From NCBI GenBank assembly GCA_963693365.1, contig CAVNZM010000005.1, positions 7,014,710-7,078,709 of the forward strand: DNA of 64,000 nucleotides. The letters run 5' to 3'. This document shows positions 1 through 41,677 of the stretch, in pieces (the stretch's first letter is position 1; every line of letters starts with the position of its first letter). The notes beneath the pieces are model-generated. The model saw only the letters and a list, made by a program, of their open reading frames with translations. It made no database searches and had not been told where the DNA came from. This DNA comes from Amoebidium appalachense (Eukaryota > Protista > Ichthyosporea). A program made the translations under genes and the position numbers.

Positions 1-292
1 CTGCCCATTCGTTCCACTCTGCCTTAACCCCCACCCACGTGCACACAAGACCCCCCTGTCTCCTCTCGTCTCCTCCACCCACATGCCTCTTTTGCCCTTC
101 TTGCCTCTCTGCCTCCAACCCACCTTGCCGTTGCTTTCTGAAACAAACCCCCTGGCGTACACCGACTTTGAAAACGACAAATTGATCCCCCCCCCCCCCC
201 CCCCCCCCCCCGCCCCCCGGAGGATGGGCCGTGTTGATGATGCACACACCTTTTGTTGTTTTAAATGTGTACTTTGCACTTGGTAGCATATA

Positions 293-334
<42 letters not shown>

Positions 335-451
335 CCCCACCCCAACCCCTCTCCCCTTCCCCCCGACCCCGTCTCCGATCCACCTAACACATGGTTCTTT
401 CTCCATGTCTACTACTGCACACACACACGCAAACACGCGCGTGCCCGCACG

Positions 452-561
<110 letters not shown>

Positions 562-572
562 CACACACACAG

Positions 573-663
573 ATTGTGTCGTCGATCTGCGAGAAGTAAC
601 CGGGCTGCAGCTGCTAATCCCCGCTCGGAAGCATTCAATTCATATGCTCATACGTAATCCATG
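573..663 (+). other. Possible exon of a gene entering from upstream of the window
   Basis: Unique-sequence island right after (CA)n-CAG, the acceptor style used elsewhere in this window. Frame and product are not recognisable. Confidence 0.25.
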
Positions 664-675
664 ATTAAAGAAATT

Positions 676-718
<43 letters not shown>

Positions 719-1697
719 GGAGGAGGAGGATCGTTCGTTTCACTTGCTCGCTTTGCTTGTGCTACATGGCTCTATATATAGTTGACCTGATCGTGAATGC
801 TCTCACGTGTAGATAGTGTCGGTGTGGTATCATATGCATCGACTGTGCGAATGAAAGAAAATAGCAATCGGAATGAAGGTATGTAAGTTTTATCGTTTTT
901 GTAGAAGTTTGGGCCTTCACAGTAGGCTCGTGTTGGTTTATACATGTATATAAGCATGTGATCTGTTATTAGAAAGAGGCTTACATATGGTTAGCATGCA
1001 CTGTGCATGAAAGGTGTATAATGTTTGCGAAAAAAAATTCGGCAAAATAAAATATAAATATGAAATGAAAACCAGCGGAATAAAGGAACTGTAGGAAGTT
1101 GAGTTCATGTGGATGGGTACGATCGGTGTGATGCAAACACAGTAGATTCCAACTGTGCACTCAGCACACTGTATGCGCGTGCACACACAGCTGAGCACAC
1201 TGTATGCGTGCGCACACACATGCACGCGCACACACGTGTGTGTGACAGCACACACGGATGCGTGTGCACGCAGCGCACATGAGCAGCACACAATACATGG
1301 ATGCGCTTGCACCGTATACACCTATGTAGGTGCACATCACACTATGCAAGTGAACACAAGTTCTGAGAACACATCCAGGCACGTGCACTTAAAACATCAA
1401 TGCATTCTGCCCACACATGCATGATCGTGCACCCACCACACAGGCACGCACACACCACACAAGAATGCGCGTGACACACCACACACGCATGCACAGCCCA
1501 CCTATCCATTCACCCATATTGCACTCATGAACACAGACACGCATTGCACACACACTTGCACACATGCATACCTCTATGATGACACATTCATACATTGCAA
1601 CACGCACACATGCGTGCGTACATGTGACATGTATGCGTGTGCAGGTGTCTGCATGTGTGCATTGCACGCGTGTGTGTCGTCTCCAGCTGCAGGGGGT

Positions 1698-1738
<41 letters not shown>

Positions 1739-2331
1739 TTCTCAACGTTGTTCGTGTTTCGTAGATATTTAGATAATATACAGCACATTCTTTCCCATAT
1801 CTGGTTAAACGTGAGACTAGTGGTTTATTATACATTTATGCTTTGGTGTCCTGTATATAATACAGCCTAGGCTGGTGAGCACGCCAACCACTAGAAAATT
1901 TTGGAATTCCTTGCCAATAGGAATGTAGACGTGTGATATCCAGCCAACCAAAACAGACTTTACAAGTCTCTTAGGGTATATACATGTATTTGTTACCCAA
2001 CACAATCCCGTTATGATACACTCGATAGTATTTTTCTCTTTTTTTTTTTTTCTTTTTTTTTTCCCCCCCGTTTTTTTTGTTTCTTCGTTTAATTGTACCC
2101 CCCCCCCCCCCCCCTCCCCCCCTCCCCCCCCCCCCCCCCCTTCCCCCCCACTTTCTTCTTCTTCTTTTTTGTTATCATTTTATTATTTTCTATCTTAAAA
2201 ACCCTAATACAGTACCCGGCCGACTTCAATTAGCTACGGTTAATTCTTAGTGTAAATCCTGTTTTTACATCGGCCTTACAACGCACCCAGTCACAGCAAA
2301 TTACCGTGAATTTCTGAAGGACAACCGGTTT

Positions 2332-6930
<4,599 letters not shown>

Positions 6931-7057
6931 GTTGGGGCTGTCACAGCGGGGTGTGATGATCAGTACGTGTGTCTGATTGTAAATACGTGTGTGTGCCTGG
7001 GACTCATAGGCGGGTATATGGCACCATGGGCGGGTTGTTGTTGTTGTTGGTGGTGGT

Positions 7058-7097
<40 letters not shown>

Positions 7098-7180
7098 GGG
7101 GGGGGGGAGACGTCACAGGATGGACATGGGGGAAGAGAGGGATGATGTGCATACTGGTGAACTGTGGAACGGGGTGTGTC

Positions 7181-7317
<137 letters not shown>

Positions 7318-8046
7318 GCGCGTGTGTGTGTGCATGTGTGTGCGTGTGTCTGAGTGTGTGCATGTCTGTGGGTACTAGTTGACAGCAATCCAATGCCACA
7401 AGTTCTCCTCCTACTAAGATTGCCCTTGAATCCAATTGACACAATTGTGGAAGGTTTTGGTAGCCCCACAACATGTACCTTGGCATGGTGGCCCAGGCAG
7501 CTCGCCCAGGCATCGGATTTCTTGAGGTGGGCTGCAGCTTGAATTGAGTTCTGTGGGAGAGTGGCGGGCTAAGGTGACTCAATAGCTGAATGGGCTTGAT
7601 GTGACTGTGCATGTAGACATCAGCACTGCTTGGTTTTATACTCCACCCCTCGCCCGCGCTCAGATCTCGATTCGATTCTGTTTAGGAAAAAGGAGCTTTC
7701 CTATTGGGGTAATGTCTTGAAGTTTTATGACGGATTGAAATAGGCCAATCATATTGTCGGTACTGTTTACATTCCAGAACGGTTATTAGATCTGGATCCG
7801 GCTTCCGAAGTCGGCGACCAACATCTGACGAAGTAATTTTACAACTTATATTCGATATAAGTGTTTTGAAACAACAAAAAACATAAAGAGTGAAATGTTT
7901 GTGGGCATATATTCTTGTTGAATTGAAATATTGCATTTGGCAGCTGCCAGCCTGCCACAACTCATGTCGTTGTTTGGATTCTGGATAGCTTTGTTAGCAA
8001 ATCGGGTGCTACCCTCAATTCCCAAGCTCCTAGGGTGTGACGTAAT

Positions 8047-8228
8047 ATTTGGCACGAAATTTATTTGGCACGAGCCTGCAAAACGGTGAAAATGGGGCAG
8101 GATGTCGCCCAGGCACCGACAGGAGCTTGGGGATACCCCTGGATGTGCTCCGCTAGCGGGCTGGTGCCAAATAAATTCGTGCCACATTTTACGTCACCAG
8201 GTTCGTGCCAAATTATTTGGTGCCAAAT
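8047..8228. repeat. Cluster of TTTGGCAC(GA) motifs in inverted arrangement upstream of the OTU gene
   Basis: Forward ATTTGGCACGA at 8047 and 8063. Reverse copies (GGTGCCAAAT/TTCGTGCCA) at 8163, 8176, 8202 and 8219. 8050-8073 and 8162-8184 form a near-perfect ~23-bp inverted repeat. Confidence 0.75.
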
Positions 8229-8560
8229 TTATTTGGGGCATAAATGGGTCGGTTCGAACTATTATGGGTCGAATCAGCTCGAATCGTTCCTGACCCGTTT
8301 TCTGACCCGTTTTTGTGGCTCATCGTTGGTGGCGTCTGATTCGAGGAATAAACTCGAAAGGCGGGCTAAGCAAGACCACGTCAACCACGTGCAGGTGGTG
8401 GCGTACTTGAACGGGCAGTCACAGCCTGGACTGGCAGTTGACAGGTGTGACACAGCGCTAGCATCCTTATCATATTGCAGTAGGCTCATATAAAAATAAT
8501 AAAAACAGACAACACCCTTTAATGCTCGATCATAACTGACAGTACATATTTTGTGTGAGC

Positions 8561-9477
8561 ATGGGTTACAAACATGCTCGCGTCCGCATTGGACGTGGGC
8601 AAGGCCATTGGGCTTTGCTGAGGATTCTCGTTCATGTTATCCTCGCCTTTTGTCTTTTGGCTGCAGCGGGTTCAACAAACAACCCAGATGGGGTGAACAA
8701 AAAAGTCATTAAGGAAAACAAATCTTGGTCTAAAGATCATGCCAAGCTGGAACAGCCATTCGTTGCACGGTACATTGATTATTGCATAGCGGATCATGAG
8801 GACTCTGTCGAAGCTGGCACGTGCCCTCCCCAGCCCTTCCTCAGGGATTGGGTGTGGCATCAAACCCGTCATGGCGGCCGGATAGATGCATCTACAGCGG
8901 AGGGAGTCCATCAGGTGATTCCCCCCCTTCCCCCCCCCCCCCCCCCCTCCCCCCCTCTCCTCCCCACCACCCCCTGCCTCTTTTCCACTTTTTCTCTCCC
9001 CTCCCCTGTCTCTCTGTTCTGGGCCTTACAGGTGGTTCCTCCGTTTTAGAAGTTGTTTTTTATGTAATACGTTAGGTGTGTCCTTTTGCATCTTGTGGAT
9101 ACCAATGCCTTCACCGCTCAGGCCTTCCCTTGCACTTAATCTTATGGACCTTTGTGCCTCTCCCATGATCTGTTTGGCATGGCATGCTGCCTTTTCTGCT
9201 TTGGCTTGCCTCTTATATGTTGCTATCACCCGATAGGGTATGTGTGGCAACGTGTTCCATATGTTTTGTGTGACCATTCTGTGCAGTGTACCCACTTAAA
9301 GCCCACTCCTCCGCTTTTCCCCCTTCCCTCCCTTCCCCTTTAAGCATACAATTAGTCAAGAGGCAGTACAGGATAGTGGGTAGAGAGTTTCTGTGTGTCA
9401 CGGTGTATGCCTGTGGGTGTGTGCTTGTCTGTGTGTGTATGTGCCTGTGTGTGTGTAGTGAGTGTGTGTGTGTGTTG

Positions 9478-9528
<51 letters not shown>

Positions 9529-11245
9529 TTGTGTGTGTAATGTGGGTGGGTGGGTGGGTGGGTATAGAGAAGGGGAGAGGGGGGGGGGGGGGGGGGGGCG
9601 TGTATGTGTGTGCCTGTGTGTGTATGTTAAAGACAGGGGAGGGGGGAAGGGGGAGAGGTCAGGGTAGGGAGAAAGGGAGGGAAGGATGGGTGGGTGGGAG
9701 GGTTGGAGGGAAGGAGGGAGGGGGAGAAAGGGTAGAGGGAGGGATGGCGGAAAAGACAGAAAGAGAGGGGCAAAGAGAGGAGGGCAGTCGGTAAAGAGGA
9801 AGGGCGGGAGGGTGGGACGGAGAGGGAGAAGGGGGAAGTGGAGAATTAGGCAGGGGGGGGGGCCGAGAGCAAGAGGGGGGGTGGGGAGGGTGTGGGCGGT
9901 GTGTGTGTGTGTATGTGTGTGTGTATGTATGTTGTGTGTGTGTGTGGGGGGGGGGGGGGGGGGTTGGATGGGGGATTCGGTTGGGAGTGGGTTCTTTATA
10001 GACCTGGCAACCATTGACCAGCTATTCTCTCACCCTGTCTTTGTGTTCACTCTGCAGCTTATGGCAATAATGGCAACCGTTCCTTGCCTGAGTGTGGTAT
10101 GGAGGTTGGGTCTTTCGACAGTGATGGCTCTGACGATGACGATGAGGGGTCAAGTGACGAGAGCCCCGGTTCATTCAACGTGTCAACATGTGTGCGCCTA
10201 GCAGGCCGCAAGCTTAACGCCCGGCGTGCGATGCGCAAGCTGATTGGGTCTGTGCACAGCTCCGAAGGGTTTGCTTTAGCAGCACAGGACCCGGATCATC
10301 TGCTCTTCACTCTAGTGTTCTTTGACGAGGCCGTGGCAGCAGACATACAGCTTGCCAGGTGCTTCCTGCCGAACCCCCCCCCCCCCCCCCCCCCCCCTTC
10401 CCCCTCCAACGCCCCCCGCTCCTCCCTCTCGCCTCTCCCCCCCTTTCCCTGCAGGGCCTCCTCCCCTTTCCCCCATCCCCCTTTCCCCTCCCCCCCCTCC
10501 CCCCCCCCCCCCCCCCCCCCCCCTTTTCTGCATCCCCCTCCCCCTCTCCTCCTTCCCACAATTCTTCCTCCCAACTGCTCCACCTCCTTACTTCCTTGCA
10601 CGTATCAATCCATCTCTCCTTCCAACCCAAGTGACACCAGTTTTTTGTCAGACAACCTGCCTCCCCAGGCCCACTTATTATGCCTGTCCTGTTCCCCTCC
10701 CCCCCCCCTCTCCCCCCTCAGGAGGGCCTCTGCCCATTCGTCCCTCCTTTTCAAGTCCTCCATTACCTCTTACCTCCCCTAATTCTCATTATTCTCTAAT
10801 AGTATACCTATATCTTCCATCCTACCTTTTTGGAAGCTCCCTGCTTCTCTTCCACCTATTTGAAAGCATCTGCATCTACCCCCCCCCCCCCCCCCCCCCC
10901 CCCGTTCATAGCCCCTCCTTCATCAGTACTCCCTTACACCTGCCCGGCCCCCTTCAGAGTGCCTAACCCCCTCCCCCCCCCACACACACACCCCTCCCCT
11001 TTCACACACCTGCACACACGAACGCACACATGCATGCACGCATGCACCCTCCCTCGCAGCCACGAGCGCACACACTCTTATTCACTTATAGAATTGTTAA
11101 TAATCTAATGCCCCCCCCCCCCCCCCCCCCAACCCCCCCCCCAACCCCAACCCACCCACACACGCACACACACACACACGCCAAGGTTTCCCTTGTTCTG
11201 CTCCTCGGCCTTTCCGCCTTCCCCATAATCTGTCTTTCTCTCTCT

Positions 11246-11280
<35 letters not shown>

Positions 11281-12562
11281 CCCACCCCACTGTCACCCAC
11301 CCCACCACCACTGCCCTACGTCACCCTCCCACTTCTTGTCTTTGCTTATTCTTCCTTGTGATGTGCAACACAGGGACATATCCGGGCCACCTGAGGTCCA
11401 GCAACAACGCCTTCTTCAAATTCTGGGTGCCTGGAGAATGGAGCTTATGGAAACACCCGCTGACGGCAACTGTTTGTTTCATTCGGTGTGGCATTATATC
11501 AATCAGTATCTACAAAGCGGTCATGTAGCTACCCGTGAACACCTCAACACATTGGGGTTTACAGCTAATATGGAGCCTATAGAGGCGATTGGACGGCTAC
11601 GCGAACTAATGGTAAACGAATGGCGGCGAAATCTAGCAGAATACCAAGGATTCCTTTCAAGGGTGACCCTCGCATACGTAGCTGATGATTTCCGCTGTCC
11701 TCGGCGCGCCCATTTTGCTTCTGCAGCCGGTGACGCGATGGTGCTGGGCTTAGCCAACGCACTCCGCATACCAATAACCATTTTTAGCACGATTGCCAAT
11801 CACGGTGTAGTTGCGGTCACTCCACCCACCGTCATCGAACCCAACATTGCCATACCCGTATCACTTAACGGTGCAGCAGATCATTACTCAGTGGTAATAC
11901 CTCGCTTGTCGCATGCGAACAAAATCTCGGACAACAACCAAACACAAACATCACACTCAGTTGACACGGAAAACTCGACGGAGTTGGCGTCTAACGCTAA
12001 CACAACTGACACGTTCGGTGGGTTGCCCGCCAAGGGCTGCAGCTGTAATAGAAACAGTAAGGATAGAACACGTTTTTTTTGTGGTTTTAAGAACGGCGGG
12101 GGAAAAGTGCAGGCATACGATGGGCATGAGCGTTGCATATGCGCAAAGAACAAGCGGGCATGCACCCAGGCATGCAGGTGTGAGAATTGTGGCAACAGGT
12201 GAGCCGTATGATATGCATTTGCTACTTTTCTTCTTTTGCATCCTCTATTTGCCCACACTTGGTACTTTATAATCGAAACCTTAACTTGGCCAAATCCAGG
12301 TATTTCTGCTTGTCCCTCTCTTTATTCCCCCCCCCCCCCCCCCCCCCCTTTCCCCCTCTCCCCCCCCCCCCCCCCCCCCCGGGAGGGGAAAGAAAAGCCC
12401 CCTCTCCCAATCCCCTCCCCCTCCTGTATCCGTCGTTTCATGATGTCTAACCCCTCCTCCTCCCCCCCACCTTCCCCACTGCTCACCACCTGCACACCCG
12501 CACACCATACACAAACTTAAACACACACACGCATGCACGTGTGCACGCACACACACAGCCCC

Positions 12563-12607
<45 letters not shown>

Positions 12608-13773
12608 ACACACAATGCATCCGCGCATCATGGTCCATGCATACACGTGTGTGGATAGATGCACAGGTGCACGAATCCACGCACGCACGCACCCACAGAG
12701 CACGTGTGCGCACGCACACACAAACACACATGTGTACACGTGCGCGCGCATTCACACGCACACACAAACGCACATACACATGCAGTCATGGACAGCGGCC
12801 AGAGCCAAACCGTCCAGGTCGCCCGTCTACCATGCAGCTGCATTTATCCGGCGAAGGGGGGAACCTTTCCCTGAGAAGTGGTGATGGGTCCACCACCACC
12901 CATACGGCCAACACAACAGCCACCAGGGGCAAGGCCACTGCCACGGTTCCAACGCAAAGGCGGCGCGCACGATTCACGCAAACACGAACCACAGATCAGA
13001 ATGGTTTGGAGTATTATGTGTCTGTGGGCGAGGAGGTACGTTCGGGTAGATGGTCGGATGCGGAGACCGCGTTGATTGAAAGTATTGTTATTTCGCTTGC
13101 GGAACAAAAGTTGCCGGCAACAGAGGAGGACATATTTGCACATTACCATGCAGCATTGGAGGGCAACGAGGAGGGTGTGGGGCTGGATGCCATCCTTTCC
13201 AAAGCATTGAAACAAATCAAGTCAAAAATAGAACACATTGAGAAGGAAAGACGTTTGCGTAGTCAGGTGGCCGCCGAGGTGAGGGAGGAAATCGCGAGGG
13301 CTAAGGAAGCCGCTGCTAGGACAGTTACGGAGAAAGCAAGCGAGAGAGCACGAAACACGAAACGTGGGCTGAAGTCACAGAGTAATTCACAGACTGCCCC
13401 GTCAAAGAAGGCCAAGCCCAGCGGCCTTTCACGTGCAAGCACCAACACAGGTGTTGCCCCTCAGGAGCATGATCCCACCAGTTCGTCAACCGATTCGGCG
13501 GATGAATTCCAAAGCACCCAACAGTCTGGGGTGATTCCCCCTAGCCAGCACCCGCACCATCCGCAAGCGTTCCACCCCAGTTATTATCACACATACCCGA
13601 GCACGATAGCCAGTGCACAATGTAGCGTCTGTCAACTGACTTTAGCAATCCCTCCCCATCTGTGTCATACTTACATGCAATGCTGTAGGTGCAAGGCCAT
13701 GTTGTATGCTCTGGTCACCGCTTTTGGCATCCGCCTGCTCAGTTTTAGTGTCACGGATAATAGGTGGAAGTGA
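8561..13773 (+). CDS. Transposon-related multidomain protein: degenerate KDZ/Zisupton-like transposase segment + OTU cysteine protease + CXC-like Cys cluster + SANT/Myb-like region + C4 zinc finger (~830 aa; 5' exons tentative)
   Basis: Firm exons 10058-10358, 11374-12198, 12786-13773, joined at phase-2 junctions AG|GTGCTT..CAG and AG|GTGAGC..CAG. Tentative exons 8561-8914 and 9345-9375 restore the frame. OTU motif ETPADGNCLFHSV (Cys codon 11471) and His box DHYSVV (11882). Cys cluster CSCNRN...C...CICAKNKRACTQACRCENC. WSDAETALI...IFAHY...KQIKSKIEH region. C-terminal CSVC..13..CCRC. Confidence 0.75.
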
Positions 13774-14320
13774 GCCAATCCCTCCACGTAGTTTTTTATT
13801 TTTCTAATTGTTATTGTGGCTGCCAGCTGCTTTGGGGTCAGGTGGCAAACGTAGGGCATGTCTAGTAGGTTCGATTAGTATGGGATTTGGCATCATGATG
13901 CCAAGACTTAGTCAATACAGTAACTTAAGAATCAGTTTGTTAGGTGTTAGTTGTAACATTTAACTTCCAGTAATGTTCAGCATGTCAGAGTGGTAGTTTA
14001 TGATTGTAATGTTACTTACAGTTTAACTGTAATGTCACGGTGTATGTAGAGTATGCTGTCACATTCAATGCACACACACGGCACACACACATGAACATGC
14101 ACACACGCAACCACATACACGTCAAGCACACACTACGTATACATCCATGCATGCGACATTCGCCTTTTTAATACCTATGATATCATTACGTAGTCAAAAT
14201 ACCATAATAATAATGTGTAGAAGTGATTGCAGGTCACTTTCACATGCTGCAGCTGTTTTATTAATAATGACACCGTAAATTAATGGCAAGCACACTGCAG
14301 ACTCGGATTCCCCCTCCCCC

Positions 14321-14351
<31 letters not shown>

Positions 14352-14426
14352 AAAAAAAAAAAATCCCCCCCCCCCCCCCCCTCCCACCTCGAAATTTTTG
14401 GGCGGGGGCGGGGGCGGGGGCGGGGG

Positions 14427-14459
<33 letters not shown>

Positions 14460-14902
14460 GGGCTTGGGAAACGAGGGTGCAACCTCAAATCGGGTGTCAA
14501 ATCGCTTAAAAATATATCAGTAAATGCTCACTGCAGCGTCAGGATTGGCTCTCTAATGCGTAACCAATCACAGAAGCCTCTAAAAGTAAAGATAGTGCCG
14601 CGCGCGCGCCTGAATAGCTGATGTATACCTACTAGGGCCTACTCATGATCATGATCATCGATGCATACTCAGTGGACACACAAACGTGCCGAGTCACACC
14701 TTAAGTACACATTTTTATTTATATATTTTACCCGCTTTGTTCCCGGAGGTACCCCTAGGGGCCCTCAGTGGGAACTACCGTCTTCCACCCAGCACCGACA
14801 GTACTCTAGCTATGGTGCCGTAGTACGACCTTAAGTACACACATCACACGCAAAAATACCTCAGTAGATACTAGACTGCACATCATCATTCCTGGAGCCA
14901 GC

Positions 14903-14934
<32 letters not shown>

Positions 14935-16262
14935 CCCACGGCGCCCCGCCCCACCTATCTCCCCGCAATCTATCTCCCCTGTACTCGACCAGCTGTGACA
15001 CGGTCTCCCTCACTCGACCCACCTGTTCTTTTGCTCTTCTAATAGCTAGATCGCCCCAGCCATGGGCCCCTCTCCCTCAGAGTCCCTCTCTCTCTCACTC
15101 ACTCTCTCTCTCTCTCTCTCCCTTTCTCTCTCTCTCTCTCTCCCTCCCTCCCTCCCTCCCTCCCTCAGAGTCTCGAGCTCTCTGTACATGTACCGAGTCT
15201 CGAGGCTCTTCCCAGACCCTTCCTCTCTCACTCTCTCACATGTGTCATGGGGGTTTACGCTGTTTACTCGAGGCAAAGAGAGACCAGTCTCAGGTATGGG
15301 GGGTTTTTGTTCGGAATATCCCCTCAGCGGTATATCATGATCACGTACATAGCTGTCGGGTGATGATTATATATCAGGGTTTACTTTCTCTACGAGACAC
15401 CATAAAGACTAAGAAAATACTTACCCCCCTTAATATTATAATCCACTTGCAAAAGCCAGGTACGTAGGAGGGGCCAGAGCCTACACACCGGCCTCTTCCC
15501 TGCCCATGTTTTGTTGCCACCGAAATTTCTGTAACGATTCTTGAAATGTGCAAAAGAGATAGTCACTTTAAGTTAGTGCATGTTTCTTTTTCTATTCAAT
15601 TCTGTCCTATCGGGGAACCCGCTGGTGTGCTAACACACTTCTGTGTCGATGAAATAGAGAGGGGGAAGTCTCAAATTTCCTGACTCACGGCGTGGTGGCT
15701 CGCAGCTGCAGCGCAGCTAAATGCTGGTTATTCGGATATTTTGTTTCCCCCCCCCCCCCCTTTTCCTCCCTTGCCCGAAACTGCATGCCACACCACAAGA
15801 CCACCAACATCAAGTGATTCAATTCATTTTATAGTAAAAAGAGTGTGAAGCTCTGGCCGGATACACCTATAGCTAGGTAGGCATATGTGCTATAGTTTGT
15901 GACCATGTATTGGTCACGGACACACACGTGCACGAGTGTACTGTAACACACACAAATGTCATCTGGATTGAACAAGTATCACAACAGTAACAGTTACGAT
16001 TGTTGCGTAATATACACGGGGGTTTGAGAGTAACCTATATAACGATACTATTCAATTTGGTGACTACTAATGCAGTTGTATGGGTGCACATACACAACGG
16101 GCACACACACACGGTAGTGCAACCGTGCAGTGTAGAAAGACTTCAGTAATACTGTGACACTCCTAAATCTAGCATCTCCGTTTACATGAACTGTCCACCA
16201 ATCCATGTGTCCGCATAAAGGAACAAAAAATAAAGACGATGGTTGATTGGCTGCCTCGGCTA

Positions 16263-39588
<23,326 letters not shown>

Positions 39589-40436
39589 GATATCGCCTGG
39601 CACGTGCTACAGACGTAAAAATAGGTGGGGGGGAGGAGGAAAGTAAATATGTTTTCTCGGTTTAACGAAATGTCAACCTCTAATAGAAAACAAAATGACT
39701 GTTCCTTTCTCTCTCATCAATCATTCTCCGCTTGGTTACCGAAGGAATTCAAATAGCCAAATGTGGGTGATGCTGGCGCCATTCCATTCGTCTAGCGCGC
39801 ACCACTTGAGATTTATAGAAAGCGTTTTTGGCCAATCCATTGAATCCAAACCAGCTAGTGCTGCCACCAGCTGCCAGATGGTACCGTGTGCTTTTGGCGC
39901 CTATTCTTTCAAGTGTTGCGTGGCATGCACTGTGTGCGGAGCTGCCACCGTTGACTGACTGCAGCTGAGTCTCTGAGTGCGACAATTGTAGTGCCGTAAG
40001 TTCCAATACTACTACACAGCTGTCATATCATCTGCCATAGCGGCACAAAACCTTAGTACTGAACCAGAAATAGTGCACTTCCACGCGTGACCGTGTTACT
40101 GAGTCTCGGTGCTGTTCAACAAGTATGCCCTAGCGAGGCCCCCCTTGCATAGAATGCGTGTAACCACACACCACCTTCTGGCTAGCAGCTAACACAATTA
40201 GCATCTTTATTAATTATTATTCTTAGTACCACAGCCATCTTAAATGAACAGCACAAGATGGCCGTGGTAGTACGCAGCAAGGCAACACTAATACACAAAC
40301 TTTTTACAGAGCACCAATTATTTGTAACCAAAGCCTCACAAGGTCAATTCTCGATTGCAGTTGTGAAGTCGAAAGTCTTCAGCTACCCAAATGATCTTCG
40401 CCGGCCCTTCCCTCCCCTTTCTAATTCCCTTCCCCA

Positions 40437-40482
<46 letters not shown>

Positions 40483-40637
40483 GCAAGCATACACGCACGA
40501 ACGCACGCACGCCCGGCACACACACACACACACACACGTGCGCGCACACACACACACGCTCATACACACACACACACACACACAAACACACATGTACAGA
40601 CACCGTCGGTGACGTACATTCTCTCTATACGTCTCTC

Positions 40638-40668
<31 letters not shown>

Positions 40669-40795
40669 CCCCCCCCCCCCCCCCCCTCTCCCTCCTGAGT
40701 CCATCCCCTCTTCCCCTTCACCCTAGGCCACTCCCTCATATACAATTGCACACGCACACGTGACGCAAACGCACACACACTCTCTCTCTTAAGGC

Positions 40796-40840
<45 letters not shown>

Positions 40841-41402
40841 CTCTCTCTCTGTCTCTCGAGAACTCTCTCTCGCTCACACGCACACACACACGCACACACA
40901 TAATATATTAGCTAGTACTCCTTCTCTCCCTCTTCCTCTCTCTGTCTATCCCCTCACTTCCTACCCCCACTCTCTCACTCTCTCCCTCTCCCTCCTCCCC
41001 CTCCCTTGTCATAGGGTACATCCTCTTCCTCCCCTCGCCAGAGTCTCAACCCTGCTCTTCGAAGTCCCCCTCCACTGCGATCGAGCTCCCTCTCAGCTTC
41101 TCCGAGTCCTCTCCTTCGCCGCCATATATCCCTCTCTCTCTCCCTCGGAGTCCCCTTCCCCTTCCCCCTCGACCATCCCCCTTTTCTGCCCCCCCCCCTC
41201 CCTCCTCCCCTGGCACGTACTGACTGTGCCTCTATTGTAGCCTATGTACGATAAATCGACGCTGGCTCTAGATCTATTTTTCAAGGTAGGTGGGTCACGT
41301 GATCAGCCGCTTTCCAATTCCGTCTCCTTGAAAAATAAGAGATATCTCAGAAGGTAGCAGCCTTCTCTCCTCTCCTCCTGAGGGCCGGCTTGAAGCTGCC
41401 GC

Positions 41403-41677
41403 AGAGAAAAAAGCTGTCTACACGAGAGAGAGAGAGAGAAAAAAAAGCTAAGTCTACACGAGAGAGAGAGAGAGAGAAAAAAGCTAAGTCTACGCAAGAG
41501 AGAGAGAGAGAGAAAAAAGCTAAGTCTACACGAGAGAGAGAGAGAGAGAGAAAAGCTAAGTCTACACGAGAGAGAGAGAGAGAAAAAAGCTAAGTCTACA
41601 CGAGAGAGAGAGAGAGAGAGAGAAAAGCTAAGTCTGAGAGAGAGAGAGAGAGAGAGAGAAAAAAAGCTAAGTCTGAG
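41403..41677. repeat. Tandem array of 8 units A(4-8)GCTAAGTCT(ACAC)-(GA)n
   Basis: Conserved core AAAAGCTAAGTCT separated by (GA)n runs of variable length; period ~32-40 bp. Confidence 0.9.

Noticed and set aside
7613-14628. Possible terminal inverted repeats GTAGACATCAGC (7613-7624) and GCTGATGTATAC (14617-14628) around the OTU gene
   Set aside because: Only an 11/12 match, found by post-hoc searching, with no flanking target-site duplication.
14630-15500. CTAG/CATGATC-rich segment (with ACCTTAAGTACAC twice) as a possible repeat shared with 57000-58560
   Set aside because: Only short word matches were seen; I could not establish an alignable homology by eye.
41403-41677. CRISPR-like array
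   Set aside because: The spacers are only (GA)n runs, not unique sequence; the context is eukaryotic and there are no cas genes.
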